From a virus: DNA of 64,000 nt. Every line of letters begins with the position of its first letter. Positions within the stretch are counted from its first letter, which is position 1. The notes below the pieces were generated by a model that was not told the origin of the DNA, searched no databases, and saw nothing but the letters and a program-made list of their open reading frames with translations. Positions 9,042-18,425 of this stretch are shown piece after piece. The DNA lies in IMG/VR virus record IMGVR_UViG_3300032285_003360, positions 37,770 to 101,769 of that record; one strand, given 5' to 3'. Both the position numbers and the translations under genes were made by a program.

Positions 9042-9466
9042 TGCACAAGTTTAAATTTTTTGAGGGGTTTCTTGAGAACGTATATGTGTTTGACACCGCT
9101 AATATTGTTGCGAGACATGTTCAGCATGGTGAAAGAACTTTACGTGCAACGTGGAGACCTGAACCAATAGAAGATATCTATTCACATCATGGGATAGATG
9201 CTGAGGCGGAATTAACAAGAATGCTATCAGCACAATGGGCACAAGAGATTGACAATGATATCATTAGACGATTAAGAGAAATCATTGGTGAAGAAAATGA
9301 AACCGATGATGAAGTATTAAGAGGTATTGAAGTTTTAAATGGTAGAGTTGAAGAGAGTGTTGATACAATCAGAAGAGTAACAAGAAGAATAAATGGTGGG
9401 GACGATTTAGCAGATAACGCCGACTATCTTGGTAGATATTTGGATATAGGAGGAGATAGAGCATGA
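9038..9466 (+). CDS. mini-protein containing a T4 gp23-like major capsid protein segment
   Basis: Residues 32-80 (ERTLRATWRPEPIEDIYSHHGIDAEAELTRMLSAQWAQEIDNDIIRRLR) align without gaps to the conserved gp23-family motif R.L[KR]A.[YW]..E..QD....HG.DA[DE]AEL...L......EI. Confidence 0.7.
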   Translation: MMHKFKFFEGFLENVYVFDTANIVARHVQHGERTLRATWRPEPIEDIYSHHGIDAEAELTRMLSAQWAQEIDNDIIRRLREIIGEENETDDEVLRGIEVLNGRVEESVDTIRRVTRRINGGDDLADNADYLGRYLDIGGDRA

Positions 9467-9648
9467 GATGTGAAAGACATAGTTGGGACACAACTGACGC
9501 TGAATGGTGTTGGAAATGTGAAGAATTAACAATAAACGAAAATAAAAAAAAATATGAAGATAAGTTTTGCGATAACAGTTTGCAACGAGATAAACGAGAT
9601 AAGGAAATTAGTTCCGTTTCTGTTGGACCACAAGAGACCTCAAGATGA
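9463..9648 (+). CDS. possible small Cys/His (CxxH...CxxC) peptide
   Basis: ATGA-coupled to the previous gene; the C-terminal half overlaps the GT2 gene out of frame. Confidence 0.35.
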   Translation: MRCERHSWDTTDAEWCWKCEELTINENKKKYEDKFCDNSLQRDKRDKEISSVSVGPQETSR

Positions 9649-10297
9649 AATTGTAATCTTATATGATGAAAATAATGGTGATGCTCGCGTATTAGATTTC
9701 CTTTTACCTTATAACAAATTACCTAATGTTCAAACATGGAGAAGTTATGATTTTGATAGAAATTTCGCTAATTGGAAAAACTTATTAAACAGTTATTGTA
9801 AAGGTGATTTTATTTATCAATTGGATGCAGATGAAATGATTAGCTCTTATATGGTAGAAAATTTACATACAATACTGGAAATGAATGATAAGGTTGACTT
9901 ATATTTCGTTCCAAGAATCAATACCGTAAATGGTTTAACTGAAGAAGATGTTATTAAATGGGGATGGAATTTATCTAAAATTGAAAGTCAAATAAATGAA
10001 AAAATTATAGACACTGAAAGTGAAGAATACAAATTATTAAAAAATGGTGGTTTTATAATTGAAGAAACGGATACTATGGGAAAAGTAAAAATTAAATATT
10101 ACATGCCAATAATAAATGCTTACGACTACCAAGGTCGCATATATCGCAAGAACATGACATGGTATGGTAAGGTTCATGAAAGAATCATTGGTGGTGAGAA
10201 ATTTGCATCATTACCCGATAATGAAGAATATTGTATTCAACATCACAAAGACATCGATAGACAAAGAAAACAAAACGATTTATACAGCAAAATATGA
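9554..10297 (+). CDS. GT2-family glycosyltransferase
   Basis: ISFAITVCNE, FANWKN, YQLDADE, DYQGRIY, W.GKVHE. Confidence 0.9.
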   Translation: MKISFAITVCNEINEIRKLVPFLLDHKRPQDEIVILYDENNGDARVLDFLLPYNKLPNVQTWRSYDFDRNFANWKNLLNSYCKGDFIYQLDADEMISSYMVENLHTILEMNDKVDLYFVPRINTVNGLTEEDVIKWGWNLSKIESQINEKIIDTESEEYKLLKNGGFIIEETDTMGKVKIKYYMPIINAYDYQGRIYRKNMTWYGKVHERIIGGEKFASLPDNEEYCIQHHKDIDRQRKQNDLYSKI

Positions 10298-10836
10298 AAA
10301 CACTAAAAGAAATTTATGGAGGTCATCAAAACAATGAGCATTATGGTGACAAAGGAACTGTTCATACATACATCGATGTTTATGAAGACATTCTATCAAA
10401 GTATAGGGAGAATAGCACTGTTTTAGAAGTGGGTATTTTTCATGGTCATTCTTTAAAAATGTGGAATGAATATTTTATTAATTCAAAAATAATCGGTGCA
10501 GATATCACTGACGCTTATTTAAGAAATACAATTAAAGAAGAGAAATATAATATAATAATTGCTGATGCCACCAAGGAAAGTTTTTTAGATAAATTAGGTG
10601 ACGACACATTTGATGTCATTATCGATGATGGTAGTCATAAAATCAAAGACCAAGTTAAAACATTTAATTTATTAAAAACTAAAATGAATAAGGGCGGTCT
10701 TTATGTGATTGAAGATATTTCTAATCTTGATGCCGATATTGAAGTATATAAGGAATTACACGATAATATTGAAATAATTGATAACAGACACATCAAGAAT
10801 AGATTTGATGACGTTTTAATACTATATAAATTTTAA
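10294..10836 (+). CDS. class I SAM-dependent (sugar O-) methyltransferase
   Basis: DKGTVHTY, VLEVGI..G.SL..W, FDVIIDDGSH, GGLYVIED. Confidence 0.85.
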   Translation: MKTLKEIYGGHQNNEHYGDKGTVHTYIDVYEDILSKYRENSTVLEVGIFHGHSLKMWNEYFINSKIIGADITDAYLRNTIKEEKYNIIIADATKESFLDKLGDDTFDVIIDDGSHKIKDQVKTFNLLKTKMNKGGLYVIEDISNLDADIEVYKELHDNIEIIDNRHIKNRFDDVLILYKF

Positions 10837-10839
10837 AAT

Positions 10840-11568
10840 ATGAGTTTAATAAGAACAAAAGGCGAAATCGATGTTACATTTTATAAAAATGAACAAGACA
10901 AACATCAATTTGGTAATGACAATGAATGGGTTAATGAACAAACCGAATTAAATTTGGGTAATATTGAATGTAGAATTGATATCCCCGCTTGGCAACAACG
11001 ATATGAATATGAAGCAGGAATGTTAAATACTATTATTCAAACAAATAACTTTAAAAAGATTATTGAATTAGGTTCAGGACCAGGTGCGTTAGGTCAAAAA
11101 ATGATGGAAAAAATTGAATTGGATTATACATTCATAGACCAACCAGGTGCAAAAAAAATATTTGAGGACAGGAAATACAAAGGTAAATTTTTAGTTAAAG
11201 ATTTGATGAATGGTTTTGATACCTCTGATTTAGATGCTAACTATGATTTTTTAATTACCAACGATTTTTTGGAGCACATTTATAACCCTTCTATTGTTGT
11301 TCAAGAATCTTATAAATTGATTAGACCAAATGGTAAAATGTTTGTGAGTGTTCCAAATTGGAGAATGGGTCACACTTTTATTTATAGGGGTTTATTTGAT
11401 TTCGATAATTTCGTATATTTTATGCACACACATGGTTTTAAAATAAGTGGATTATATGAATCACCATTAAAGTGTGGTTATTCATCCAAATTATCTTCTG
11501 AATCGGAAATGGACGATAATTTAATAACGAGTTGGAATTGGTATATGTTGTTTGATAAAATAAATTAA
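10840..11568 (+). CDS. class I SAM-dependent methyltransferase
   Basis: IIELGSGPG, DFLEHI.NP, L.RPNG...VSVPN. Confidence 0.85.
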   Translation: MSLIRTKGEIDVTFYKNEQDKHQFGNDNEWVNEQTELNLGNIECRIDIPAWQQRYEYEAGMLNTIIQTNNFKKIIELGSGPGALGQKMMEKIELDYTFIDQPGAKKIFEDRKYKGKFLVKDLMNGFDTSDLDANYDFLITNDFLEHIYNPSIVVQESYKLIRPNGKMFVSVPNWRMGHTFIYRGLFDFDNFVYFMHTHGFKISGLYESPLKCGYSSKLSSESEMDDNLITSWNWYMLFDKIN

Positions 11569-11569
11569 T

Positions 11570-12568
11570 ATGAAAAGAGTTTTAATAACGGGTGTTGTGG
11601 GGTTACTTGGTTCAAGACTTGCTGATTTTTTAATCGACACACAAGAAGACATTTATGTAGTTGGTATTGATGATTTAAGTGGTGGATATATTGAGAACGT
11701 TAACCCAAAGGTTAAATTTTATCAAACAAATCTTCTTGAGAAATCAATCTCAGTAATTTTTGAAATTGAAAAACCTGACTACGTTTATCATTTCGCAGCA
11801 TATGCGGCTGAGGGATTATCACCCTTCATTAGAAGTTACAACTATCAAAACAATCTTGTTGCAACATCTCGTATTGTTAATGAATGTATTAAACATGATG
11901 TTAAAAGATTGATATTCACATCAACATTAGCGGTGTATGGTCATGGGTATGGTGGAGTATTTGATGAAAATCAAACGCCAAAACCAATTGATCCCTATGG
12001 TGTTGCAAAATATGGTTGTGAAATGGATATACAGATTGCTGGTGAGCAGCATGGACTTGATTGGTGTATCATTAGACCTCACAATGTATATGGCCGTAAT
12101 CAGAACATATGGGACAAATATCGTAATGTATTGGGTATTTGGATGTATCAACATCTTAATGGTGAACCAATGACAATATTCGGTGACGGTAATCAAACAA
12201 GAGCTTTCAGTTATATTGACGATTCATTGGAGCCATTATGGCACGCAGCAATAGTTCCGCAAGCATCAAAACAAATTATTAATTTAGGAGGTATCGAAAG
12301 TCATTCAATTCGTGAAGCAAATAATATTCTTTTAGATATTGTAGGTGATGGAAATGTTGTATATTTGGAGCAAAGACATGAGGTTAAACATTCCATTCCA
12401 ACTTGGCAAAAATCAGTAGACTATTTGGGATTTGAACATAAAACAAATTTACATGATGGTTTAAGTCAAATGTGGGAATGGGCTAAAGAACAACCTAATC
12501 GTGATAGATTTGTGTGGAGCAATTATGAATTAGATAAAGGAATTTATTCGTTTTGGAAAACAAAGTAA
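11570..12568 (+). CDS. NAD-dependent nucleotide-sugar epimerase/dehydratase
   Basis: LITGVVGLLGS, HFAA, FTSTLAVYG, PYGVAK (YxxxK), RPHNVYG, GDGNQTRAF. Confidence 0.93.
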   Translation: MKRVLITGVVGLLGSRLADFLIDTQEDIYVVGIDDLSGGYIENVNPKVKFYQTNLLEKSISVIFEIEKPDYVYHFAAYAAEGLSPFIRSYNYQNNLVATSRIVNECIKHDVKRLIFTSTLAVYGHGYGGVFDENQTPKPIDPYGVAKYGCEMDIQIAGEQHGLDWCIIRPHNVYGRNQNIWDKYRNVLGIWMYQHLNGEPMTIFGDGNQTRAFSYIDDSLEPLWHAAIVPQASKQIINLGGIESHSIREANNILLDIVGDGNVVYLEQRHEVKHSIPTWQKSVDYLGFEHKTNLHDGLSQMWEWAKEQPNRDRFVWSNYELDKGIYSFWKTK

Positions 12569-12569
12569 T

Positions 12570-13148
12570 ATGAAAATAGAATTTATAATACCAACATACA
12601 ATAGACCGTATAAGTTGATGACAATTTTATCATCAATCAAGTCACAAAGCATTGATGCTTGGAAGATACACGTTGTTGCAGATGCAATGTATGAAGGTTA
12701 TGATGAAGTTAAAAATATCTTTATTAATGACCCAAGAATTAGGTTTAGTGAGCTTAATGGTCCACATATGGATTATGGTCACACAGCAAGAAATTATGGT
12801 TTGGAGAATGCGAGTGAAGAATGGGTTGTGATGAGTGGTGACGACAACTATTATGTTCCAGTGTTCTGTGAGTTATTTTTACAATCAATTAAAGATGAAC
12901 CAAATGTTAATTTTGTTTATTGTAATATGGTTCATAATTGGGTTGACAATGATTACATACCAATTAGGTCTGTTCCGCAAATAAACGGGATTGATATCGG
13001 TAATTTTATGTCTAAAACCGAAAACGCTAAACAATTAAGATTAGACGCAAGTAAAGTGAATGCTGATGGTGTGTTTGTTGAAGAATATTTGCAAAAGTTT
13101 CCCGCAGACATTTTACATATAGATAAATTATTATACGTGCACAATTAA
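12570..13148 (+). CDS. GT2-family glycosyltransferase
   Basis: IIPTYNRP, ARNYGL, GDDNYY. Confidence 0.88.
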   Translation: MKIEFIIPTYNRPYKLMTILSSIKSQSIDAWKIHVVADAMYEGYDEVKNIFINDPRIRFSELNGPHMDYGHTARNYGLENASEEWVVMSGDDNYYVPVFCELFLQSIKDEPNVNFVYCNMVHNWVDNDYIPIRSVPQINGIDIGNFMSKTENAKQLRLDASKVNADGVFVEEYLQKFPADILHIDKLLYVHN

Positions 13149-13149
13149 T

Positions 13150-13944
13150 ATGGTTAAGATTATATCAGGAGTTTCACATGTTGGTGGTTCAACTATTATA
13201 TTAATAAATCTAACAAATTTATTTAATAGTAAAGGTATTGACACAACATTCTATGGCCCACATGATTTTCATATGGGTAAATGTAAATCGAAACAACTTA
13301 AAGATTTAAAGTTTAAAAAGAATGACATTGTAATGGCTCATCATTTGAAATATGATGAAAGACCAAACGTTAAAAGAATTGTTTTGGCTTGTCATGAAAA
13401 ATGGTGGTTTGAGGTTGCGGATTGTCCGATGTATTGGGATACTGTTGTATTCAATCATGAAGAACAAAGAAACTATCATCACAGATATCAAGGACCGTTT
13501 GTTTATATCCCAAATCCAAAGGATGTTAATCAACCATTATATCCAATCGATAAACCTGAATTAGATTTAGTTGCGGGTGTTATCGGTAGCATCGAAGAAA
13601 GAAAACAAACACATATATCAATACAAAAAGCATTAGATGATGGTTGCGAAAAGGTATTGGTTTATGGTAAAGTAATGGACGCTGAATATTATAAAAAGTA
13701 TTGTAGGAAATATTATTTTCACCCTAACGTTCAATTCATGGATTATGCTGAAACTAAACAAGCTATGTATAATAGCATTGGTAGAGTTTATCATATGTCA
13801 ATGGGTGAGGTATCGTGTTTGGTTAAAGATGAATGTCAATATACGAACACCAAATTCTTTGGAACTGAACAAACAAATCACATTGTCTCTGATTTAACAA
13901 ATGATGAAATATTTGAACTTTGGAGAGACGTATTAAAATTTTAA
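13150..13944 (+). CDS. GT-B-like glycosyltransferase
   Basis: GGST N-terminal loop, CHE, IPNP, GVIGSIEERKQ. Confidence 0.65.
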   Translation: MVKIISGVSHVGGSTIILINLTNLFNSKGIDTTFYGPHDFHMGKCKSKQLKDLKFKKNDIVMAHHLKYDERPNVKRIVLACHEKWWFEVADCPMYWDTVVFNHEEQRNYHHRYQGPFVYIPNPKDVNQPLYPIDKPELDLVAGVIGSIEERKQTHISIQKALDDGCEKVLVYGKVMDAEYYKKYCRKYYFHPNVQFMDYAETKQAMYNSIGRVYHMSMGEVSCLVKDECQYTNTKFFGTEQTNHIVSDLTNDEIFELWRDVLKF

Positions 13945-13946
13945 AA

Positions 13947-15053
13947 ATGGATATATCATTTGTATTAGCTGTATATAACAAATTAGATTTAACAAAAGAT
14001 TGTTATCGATTACTTAGGGAGAAATACCCTGAGGCCCCATTAGTTATTAGTAGTGGTGGTTCATCGGATGGAACAAAGGAATGGTTGGAATCATTGGATG
14101 ATGATTATCTTTCATACATTCATGATGATGATAGATTAACGTTCTCCGACACATACAACGCGGGTATTAAACTTGTTGATACTGAGAAGGTTGTGTTGAT
14201 TCATAATGATATGGTTATTGGTGAAGGATTCTTGGAATCAATTGAAAGATTATTAACACCCAATATGTTATTATCATATACAACAATTGAACCACCAATA
14301 TTCAAAGGTCATCAAAGACCTGGTAAAGTATTGTTAGACTTGGGAACATCTTTCCATAACTTTAATCATATTCATTTTAACAACTATGTTCAACAATGGA
14401 ATCAAACAAATAATTTATACTCTGGTGCTGTATTCTTCATGAGTGGTTATAAGAAAATGTTTGAAGATGTTGGTGGATTTGATGGATTTAGTTTTGTTCC
14501 TTGCTTCTGTGAAGATGATGACTTTTTAATTCGTGCTAAATTAAAGGGTTACGAATTAAAGACTTGTGATAGTGCAATTACATATCACTTTGTTTCTCAA
14601 ACATCAAGATTCAGTGAGGAGATGAAAACCGATAGAGGAAGAATCGAAATGAATTCAAATAGAAACTTCATTAGAAAATGGGGAATATCAATTTCATCGT
14701 TTAATGAATTAAGATATTGGGAAGATAATGCGTTTAAGTTCAACACATTCAATATGGGTTTAACAACTCGTAACAAAAATAACATTCATATATTGGAACC
14801 TTTCTTTGATAAGATTAACTTGGGTGAGATACCTGAAGATTATATTGAGATGGAACAAAAGAATACTCGCTATGATTTAAGAAGTAAGTTCACATTGACT
14901 GAAACCGTGGATGTTATGATATATGAAACAAAACCATTTACGGATGAGGACCTTTACACATTACAAAAAATTAGATTATCATTACCCTATTACGAACCGG
15001 GTGAATACGAAAGTGGTAATATGAAGATAGAAATAAAAAAGGGACTTAATTAG
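13947..15053 (+). CDS. GT2-family glycosyltransferase (start re-assigned to ATG 13947)
   Basis: ISFVLAVYN, SSDGT, YNAG, IHNDM, VGGFD..F...EDDDF..R..L.G. Confidence 0.88.
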   Translation: MDISFVLAVYNKLDLTKDCYRLLREKYPEAPLVISSGGSSDGTKEWLESLDDDYLSYIHDDDRLTFSDTYNAGIKLVDTEKVVLIHNDMVIGEGFLESIERLLTPNMLLSYTTIEPPIFKGHQRPGKVLLDLGTSFHNFNHIHFNNYVQQWNQTNNLYSGAVFFMSGYKKMFEDVGGFDGFSFVPCFCEDDDFLIRAKLKGYELKTCDSAITYHFVSQTSRFSEEMKTDRGRIEMNSNRNFIRKWGISISSFNELRYWEDNAFKFNTFNMGLTTRNKNNIHILEPFFDKINLGEIPEDYIEMEQKNTRYDLRSKFTLTETVDVMIYETKPFTDEDLYTLQKIRLSLPYYEPGEYESGNMKIEIKKGLN

Positions 15054-15067
15054 TCCCTTCTTTTTTT
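15035..15067. terminator. bidirectional terminator at convergent gene ends
   Basis: AAAAAAGGGACT-taatt-AGTCCCTTCTTTTTTT spanning the overlapping stops at 15046-15053. Confidence 0.75.
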
Positions 15068-15513
15068 ATTAATTTAAACAACACCATGTAATTGTCTTTG
15101 GTGTCTCCCGCTTTTTTCAAATCCTCTTTAGTGATTTCAGGATATTCAATTTCTTTTTCTTGGTCAAGTAATGGATTGTATTCCGCTTCGAATTTTAAAT
15201 AAGCATCGTTGAATGTTCTTCCTGTCACATTACCTTCAGCATCAACTAATTCGTTGAACATCTTAACCATGATGCCACCCTTACCGTTATCTTCGCCATA
15301 CTTTAAGATTAACTCATCTCTAAGTTCTTCAACCTTTTTTCTTTCCTTTGATAATTTCTCACTTAATTCTTTAAGCTCATATTTTAAGATGACTGAAAGG
15401 TTTTGCTTTAAAAAACCGTTATAAATAACTTCATTAGTTTCGGGATTATTGAACCCGTTGATTTCACTTTCCAATTGTAGGATATCTCCTAATTTAAGTG
15501 TAATTTTTTCCAT
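15046..15513 (-). CDS. hypothetical phage protein (coiled-coil, tail-region)
   Basis: 155-aa ORF directly downstream of fibre genes. Confidence 0.6.
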   Translation of the reverse strand: MEKITLKLGDILQLESEINGFNNPETNEVIYNGFLKQNLSVILKYELKELSEKLSKERKKVEELRDELILKYGEDNGKGGIMVKMFNELVDAEGNVTGRTFNDAYLKFEAEYNPLLDQEKEIEYPEITKEDLKKAGDTKDNYMVLFKLIKKEGTN

Positions 15514-15570
15514 ATAATTTTAATTCTATTTAGTTAAAAAATAAATAATATTGTTTAAAATGTAAATGAG

Positions 15571-15777
15571 TTATAATATAATAATTTTATACACTCTACC
15601 AGTAGGATCAGCGGCTTCTAATTCTTGTTTTTTAACTTCAGCCTCCTCTAATGTATCAAAATCATCAAAGGTGTCATCATCGTTTAATTTTTGAACCCAT
15701 ATTTGTCTTTTTTCCCAATTTGGGTCAGATTGATTATTATCGATTGGTAGAAATTGTTTTATTATTCTGTAAGTCAT
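15571..15777 (-). CDS. hypothetical protein
   Basis: 68-aa ORF downstream of the fibre gene. Confidence 0.6.
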   Translation of the reverse strand: MTYRIIKQFLPIDNNQSDPNWEKRQIWVQKLNDDDTFDDFDTLEEAEVKKQELEAADPTGRVYKIIIL

Positions 15778-15791
15778 ATAGTGTGAATATT

Positions 15792-17813
15792 TTAATAAGA
15801 TGCTAATGTAGAATTTTCAGATGTTATTGAGGATACATATGTCATATAAGTATCTATTCCGAATCCTGTTAAATTAACATCGATTTCACCATTACCACCT
15901 GAGAATTTTAAAGCGAGATATCTTGAACCACCGTAATTACAATCAATTACTGCCATATCTTGTCCACCACCTTTAGCGACTCCTGTTACTGTTGCCGTTA
16001 CACTTGTTGATGCATATGCTTTTCTTAAATAAATGTCAGTAACGTTCCAACATGTCCATGACGCACAAACTATTGTGCCTCTTGCAATCCAACCTGAATC
16101 AACATCTAAACGACATAATAACACATAACCTAAATTACCTCCTATATTTGAATTAACATTACCATGAAACACACCGCTACCTCTAAATGCATTCGTGGAC
16201 GATACTCTAATACTACCGTTTACTTCTAACGCATATGATGGTGTTGAAGTGTTGATTCCGACGTTTCCTGATGCTAAAACATTTAATATATTATCTCTAT
16301 CATAAAATCCTAATCCCAAATAATTGCTTGAATTACTGTTTCCAACATAATGGAATTTTAATGCAGCATTATTATATGTTGAAAGTGATTGGCCAATGTT
16401 AAAAGATAATGCACCGCCAGTTTGATTTGGTGCTAAAAAATTCCACACATCATAGTTTGCCGATGTAAATGAATTAGTTGAGGTTGAAGTAAGATAACCT
16501 GTAGAACCAACAGATAACAATATTCTAGATGCCGCATAACTATAAAAGCTAATATTAGAATCATTTGCGGCAGTATATAATTCCCATTTGTTACCCGAAT
16601 TTGCAAAAAATATCCCTGCTTCACTTCCACCAGTATTCCCTGCGGTTAGTTGCAAATATGCATTTCCACTATTACTAACTGTCAATCCGTTTGCTGTTAC
16701 AGATGAAGCAAAAGTTGCAGCTTGTGATGAATTTATTGTTAAAGCAACAGTATTGTTTGTTTTTAAATACACATTACCGGCGCTTGCAACACCAACTGTT
16801 AAATTTCTTGATCCTTCAGCCCATAAAACGACGCTTGATGCATCACCATAAACATAGCCAACTGATGTCCCTGTGTTTTGTAAAGCATATAATGCACTTG
16901 TGCTACCATCTAACGCTGTTACAGTTCTACCTGTTGCAGTGTAATTTGGTGATGAAGTTCCAATCGCTAAATTACCATTAACAATTTGTAATCCATTAAA
17001 TGTGTTTGAACCAGTTGTTGCCAATCTTGCAATGTTTGTTGTTGACATCACGTCAATTTGTGCACTACCTGAAACAACTGAAATACCATTAAAATATGAA
17101 CCCGAGTGTATGGTTGATGATGGAACACTAATACTACCACTAATTAAGACGCTACCTGTGAATTGATGTGTGTTGGATATTGTGTTTCCGAATACATTAC
17201 TACCACTTGAATATTCAACAGAAGAACTAATTGTTTGAACCGTTAATTGTTGTGCGGTAATACCATTTGTAACAACTAAACTACCACTAACGGTTAAACT
17301 ATTGCCAACTTGTATATTGTTACCATCGGATGAAACTATCTTATTACCCGCATAAACTGTTGTTGTCCCTTTAAGGGCGATTACACCTGTGTTCGGGTCT
17401 AATATAACATCGCCACCACCTGATGACGCTAAAGTGATATTACCGTCCGCAGATTGTAATGTGATGGTATCTGAACCTGATTCTAATATTTTAAATGATT
17501 GACCGACATCTGTGGTAATCTGTAATTCTTGTGCTGTTGAACCTAAGACTTTTGTTCCGTTTACATAAAGTGAACCAGATGATATGTAAACGTGTCTAAA
17601 TTGTTGTGTTGGGCTACCTAAATCGTATGTATTGGTAACAGCAGGTAATATTGAACCTGACATTGTTTGAGTCCCTACAAAGGTATTAGAACCTGTTGTA
17701 GCGTAACCTAAGTTAGCTAACTGACCCGAACCTGTTAATAATGCTGTTGTGTTGGAAACGATTGAACCTGTGGCTACAACCTGACCCGCTGCACGTATAC
17801 TACCAAATTTCAT
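15792..17813 (-). CDS. tail fibre / virion structural protein (start re-assigned to ATG 17813)
   Basis: G/S/T/N-rich; ATTGSNTF repeats, TYDLGS, GNVGINTSTP.Y.LEVNG fibre repeats. Confidence 0.8.
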   Translation of the reverse strand: MKFGSIRAAGQVVATGSIVSNTTALLTGSGQLANLGYATTGSNTFVGTQTMSGSILPAVTNTYDLGSPTQQFRHVYISSGSLYVNGTKVLGSTAQELQITTDVGQSFKILESGSDTITLQSADGNITLASSGGGDVILDPNTGVIALKGTTTVYAGNKIVSSDGNNIQVGNSLTVSGSLVVTNGITAQQLTVQTISSSVEYSSGSNVFGNTISNTHQFTGSVLISGSISVPSSTIHSGSYFNGISVVSGSAQIDVMSTTNIARLATTGSNTFNGLQIVNGNLAIGTSSPNYTATGRTVTALDGSTSALYALQNTGTSVGYVYGDASSVVLWAEGSRNLTVGVASAGNVYLKTNNTVALTINSSQAATFASSVTANGLTVSNSGNAYLQLTAGNTGGSEAGIFFANSGNKWELYTAANDSNISFYSYAASRILLSVGSTGYLTSTSTNSFTSANYDVWNFLAPNQTGGALSFNIGQSLSTYNNAALKFHYVGNSNSSNYLGLGFYDRDNILNVLASGNVGINTSTPSYALEVNGSIRVSSTNAFRGSGVFHGNVNSNIGGNLGYVLLCRLDVDSGWIARGTIVCASWTCWNVTDIYLRKAYASTSVTATVTGVAKGGGQDMAVIDCNYGGSRYLALKFSGGNGEIDVNLTGFGIDTYMTYVSSITSENSTLASY

Positions 17814-17858
17814 GTATCTATATTGTTTAATATAAATACACAAAATGGTAGATTTAGA

Positions 17859-18425
17859 CTACTTCCACCACCAACCTTTTCCGTCTAAGGTGGCATAATC
17901 CATAATTAAATTAATCCTATCCTTGTTGCTGCTGTTTCTAACCTCATGTTCAACCAAATCATTTAACTCCCATACTTCACCTATTCTAAAGAATTTATCC
18001 TCGTCTCTAACGTTATAGACAATTTTTTCCTCTTCAGCGATTAGTGCCACATGTATTCTATGTGAAAGGGAATATGAGGGGCCAACGTCGATATGTCTAC
18101 CGACGTTTTTCCCTGCAAATAATTTAACGAACACCGCTCTTGCTATATAACCATCACCATATTCTTTTTTAAGAACTTCCAACAATGGCTTCATTAACTC
18201 TTCCATATTAAGTAAGTCCCAATACTTGTGCTTGGTTCCACCAAAATGTCTAAAGTCTTTGTCATATATCAACTGAATGGCTTGAGTTGAATGGTGAAAT
18301 GATTTATATGATTCTTGTCTAAAAGTATCGGCACCCCAATCAGCGTCATCAATCTTACTAAGAGAGTCAATCATTGGTTGAGGGTCAATCTTACCCAAAT
18401 ACTTAAAGTTAATTCCTATATTCAT
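17859..18425 (-). CDS. aspartyl/asparaginyl beta-hydroxylase-like 2OG-Fe(II) oxygenase (start re-assigned to 18425)
   Basis: HID, HRIHV.L, GEVWELN...HEV.N....R.NLI.D; ATGA overlap with the upstream gene. Confidence 0.82.
   Translation of the reverse strand: MNIGINFKYLGKIDPQPMIDSLSKIDDADWGADTFRQESYKSFHHSTQAIQLIYDKDFRHFGGTKHKYWDLLNMEELMKPLLEVLKKEYGDGYIARAVFVKLFAGKNVGRHIDVGPSYSLSHRIHVALIAEEEKIVYNVRDEDKFFRIGEVWELNDLVEHEVRNSSNKDRINLIMDYATLDGKGWWWK

Noticed and set aside
5943-15053. Bacterial LPS/capsule locus interpretation
   Set aside because: No flippase, polymerase, chain-length or export genes were seen; the region is interleaved with phage-type micro-ORFs and a capsid fragment and adjoins tail fibres.
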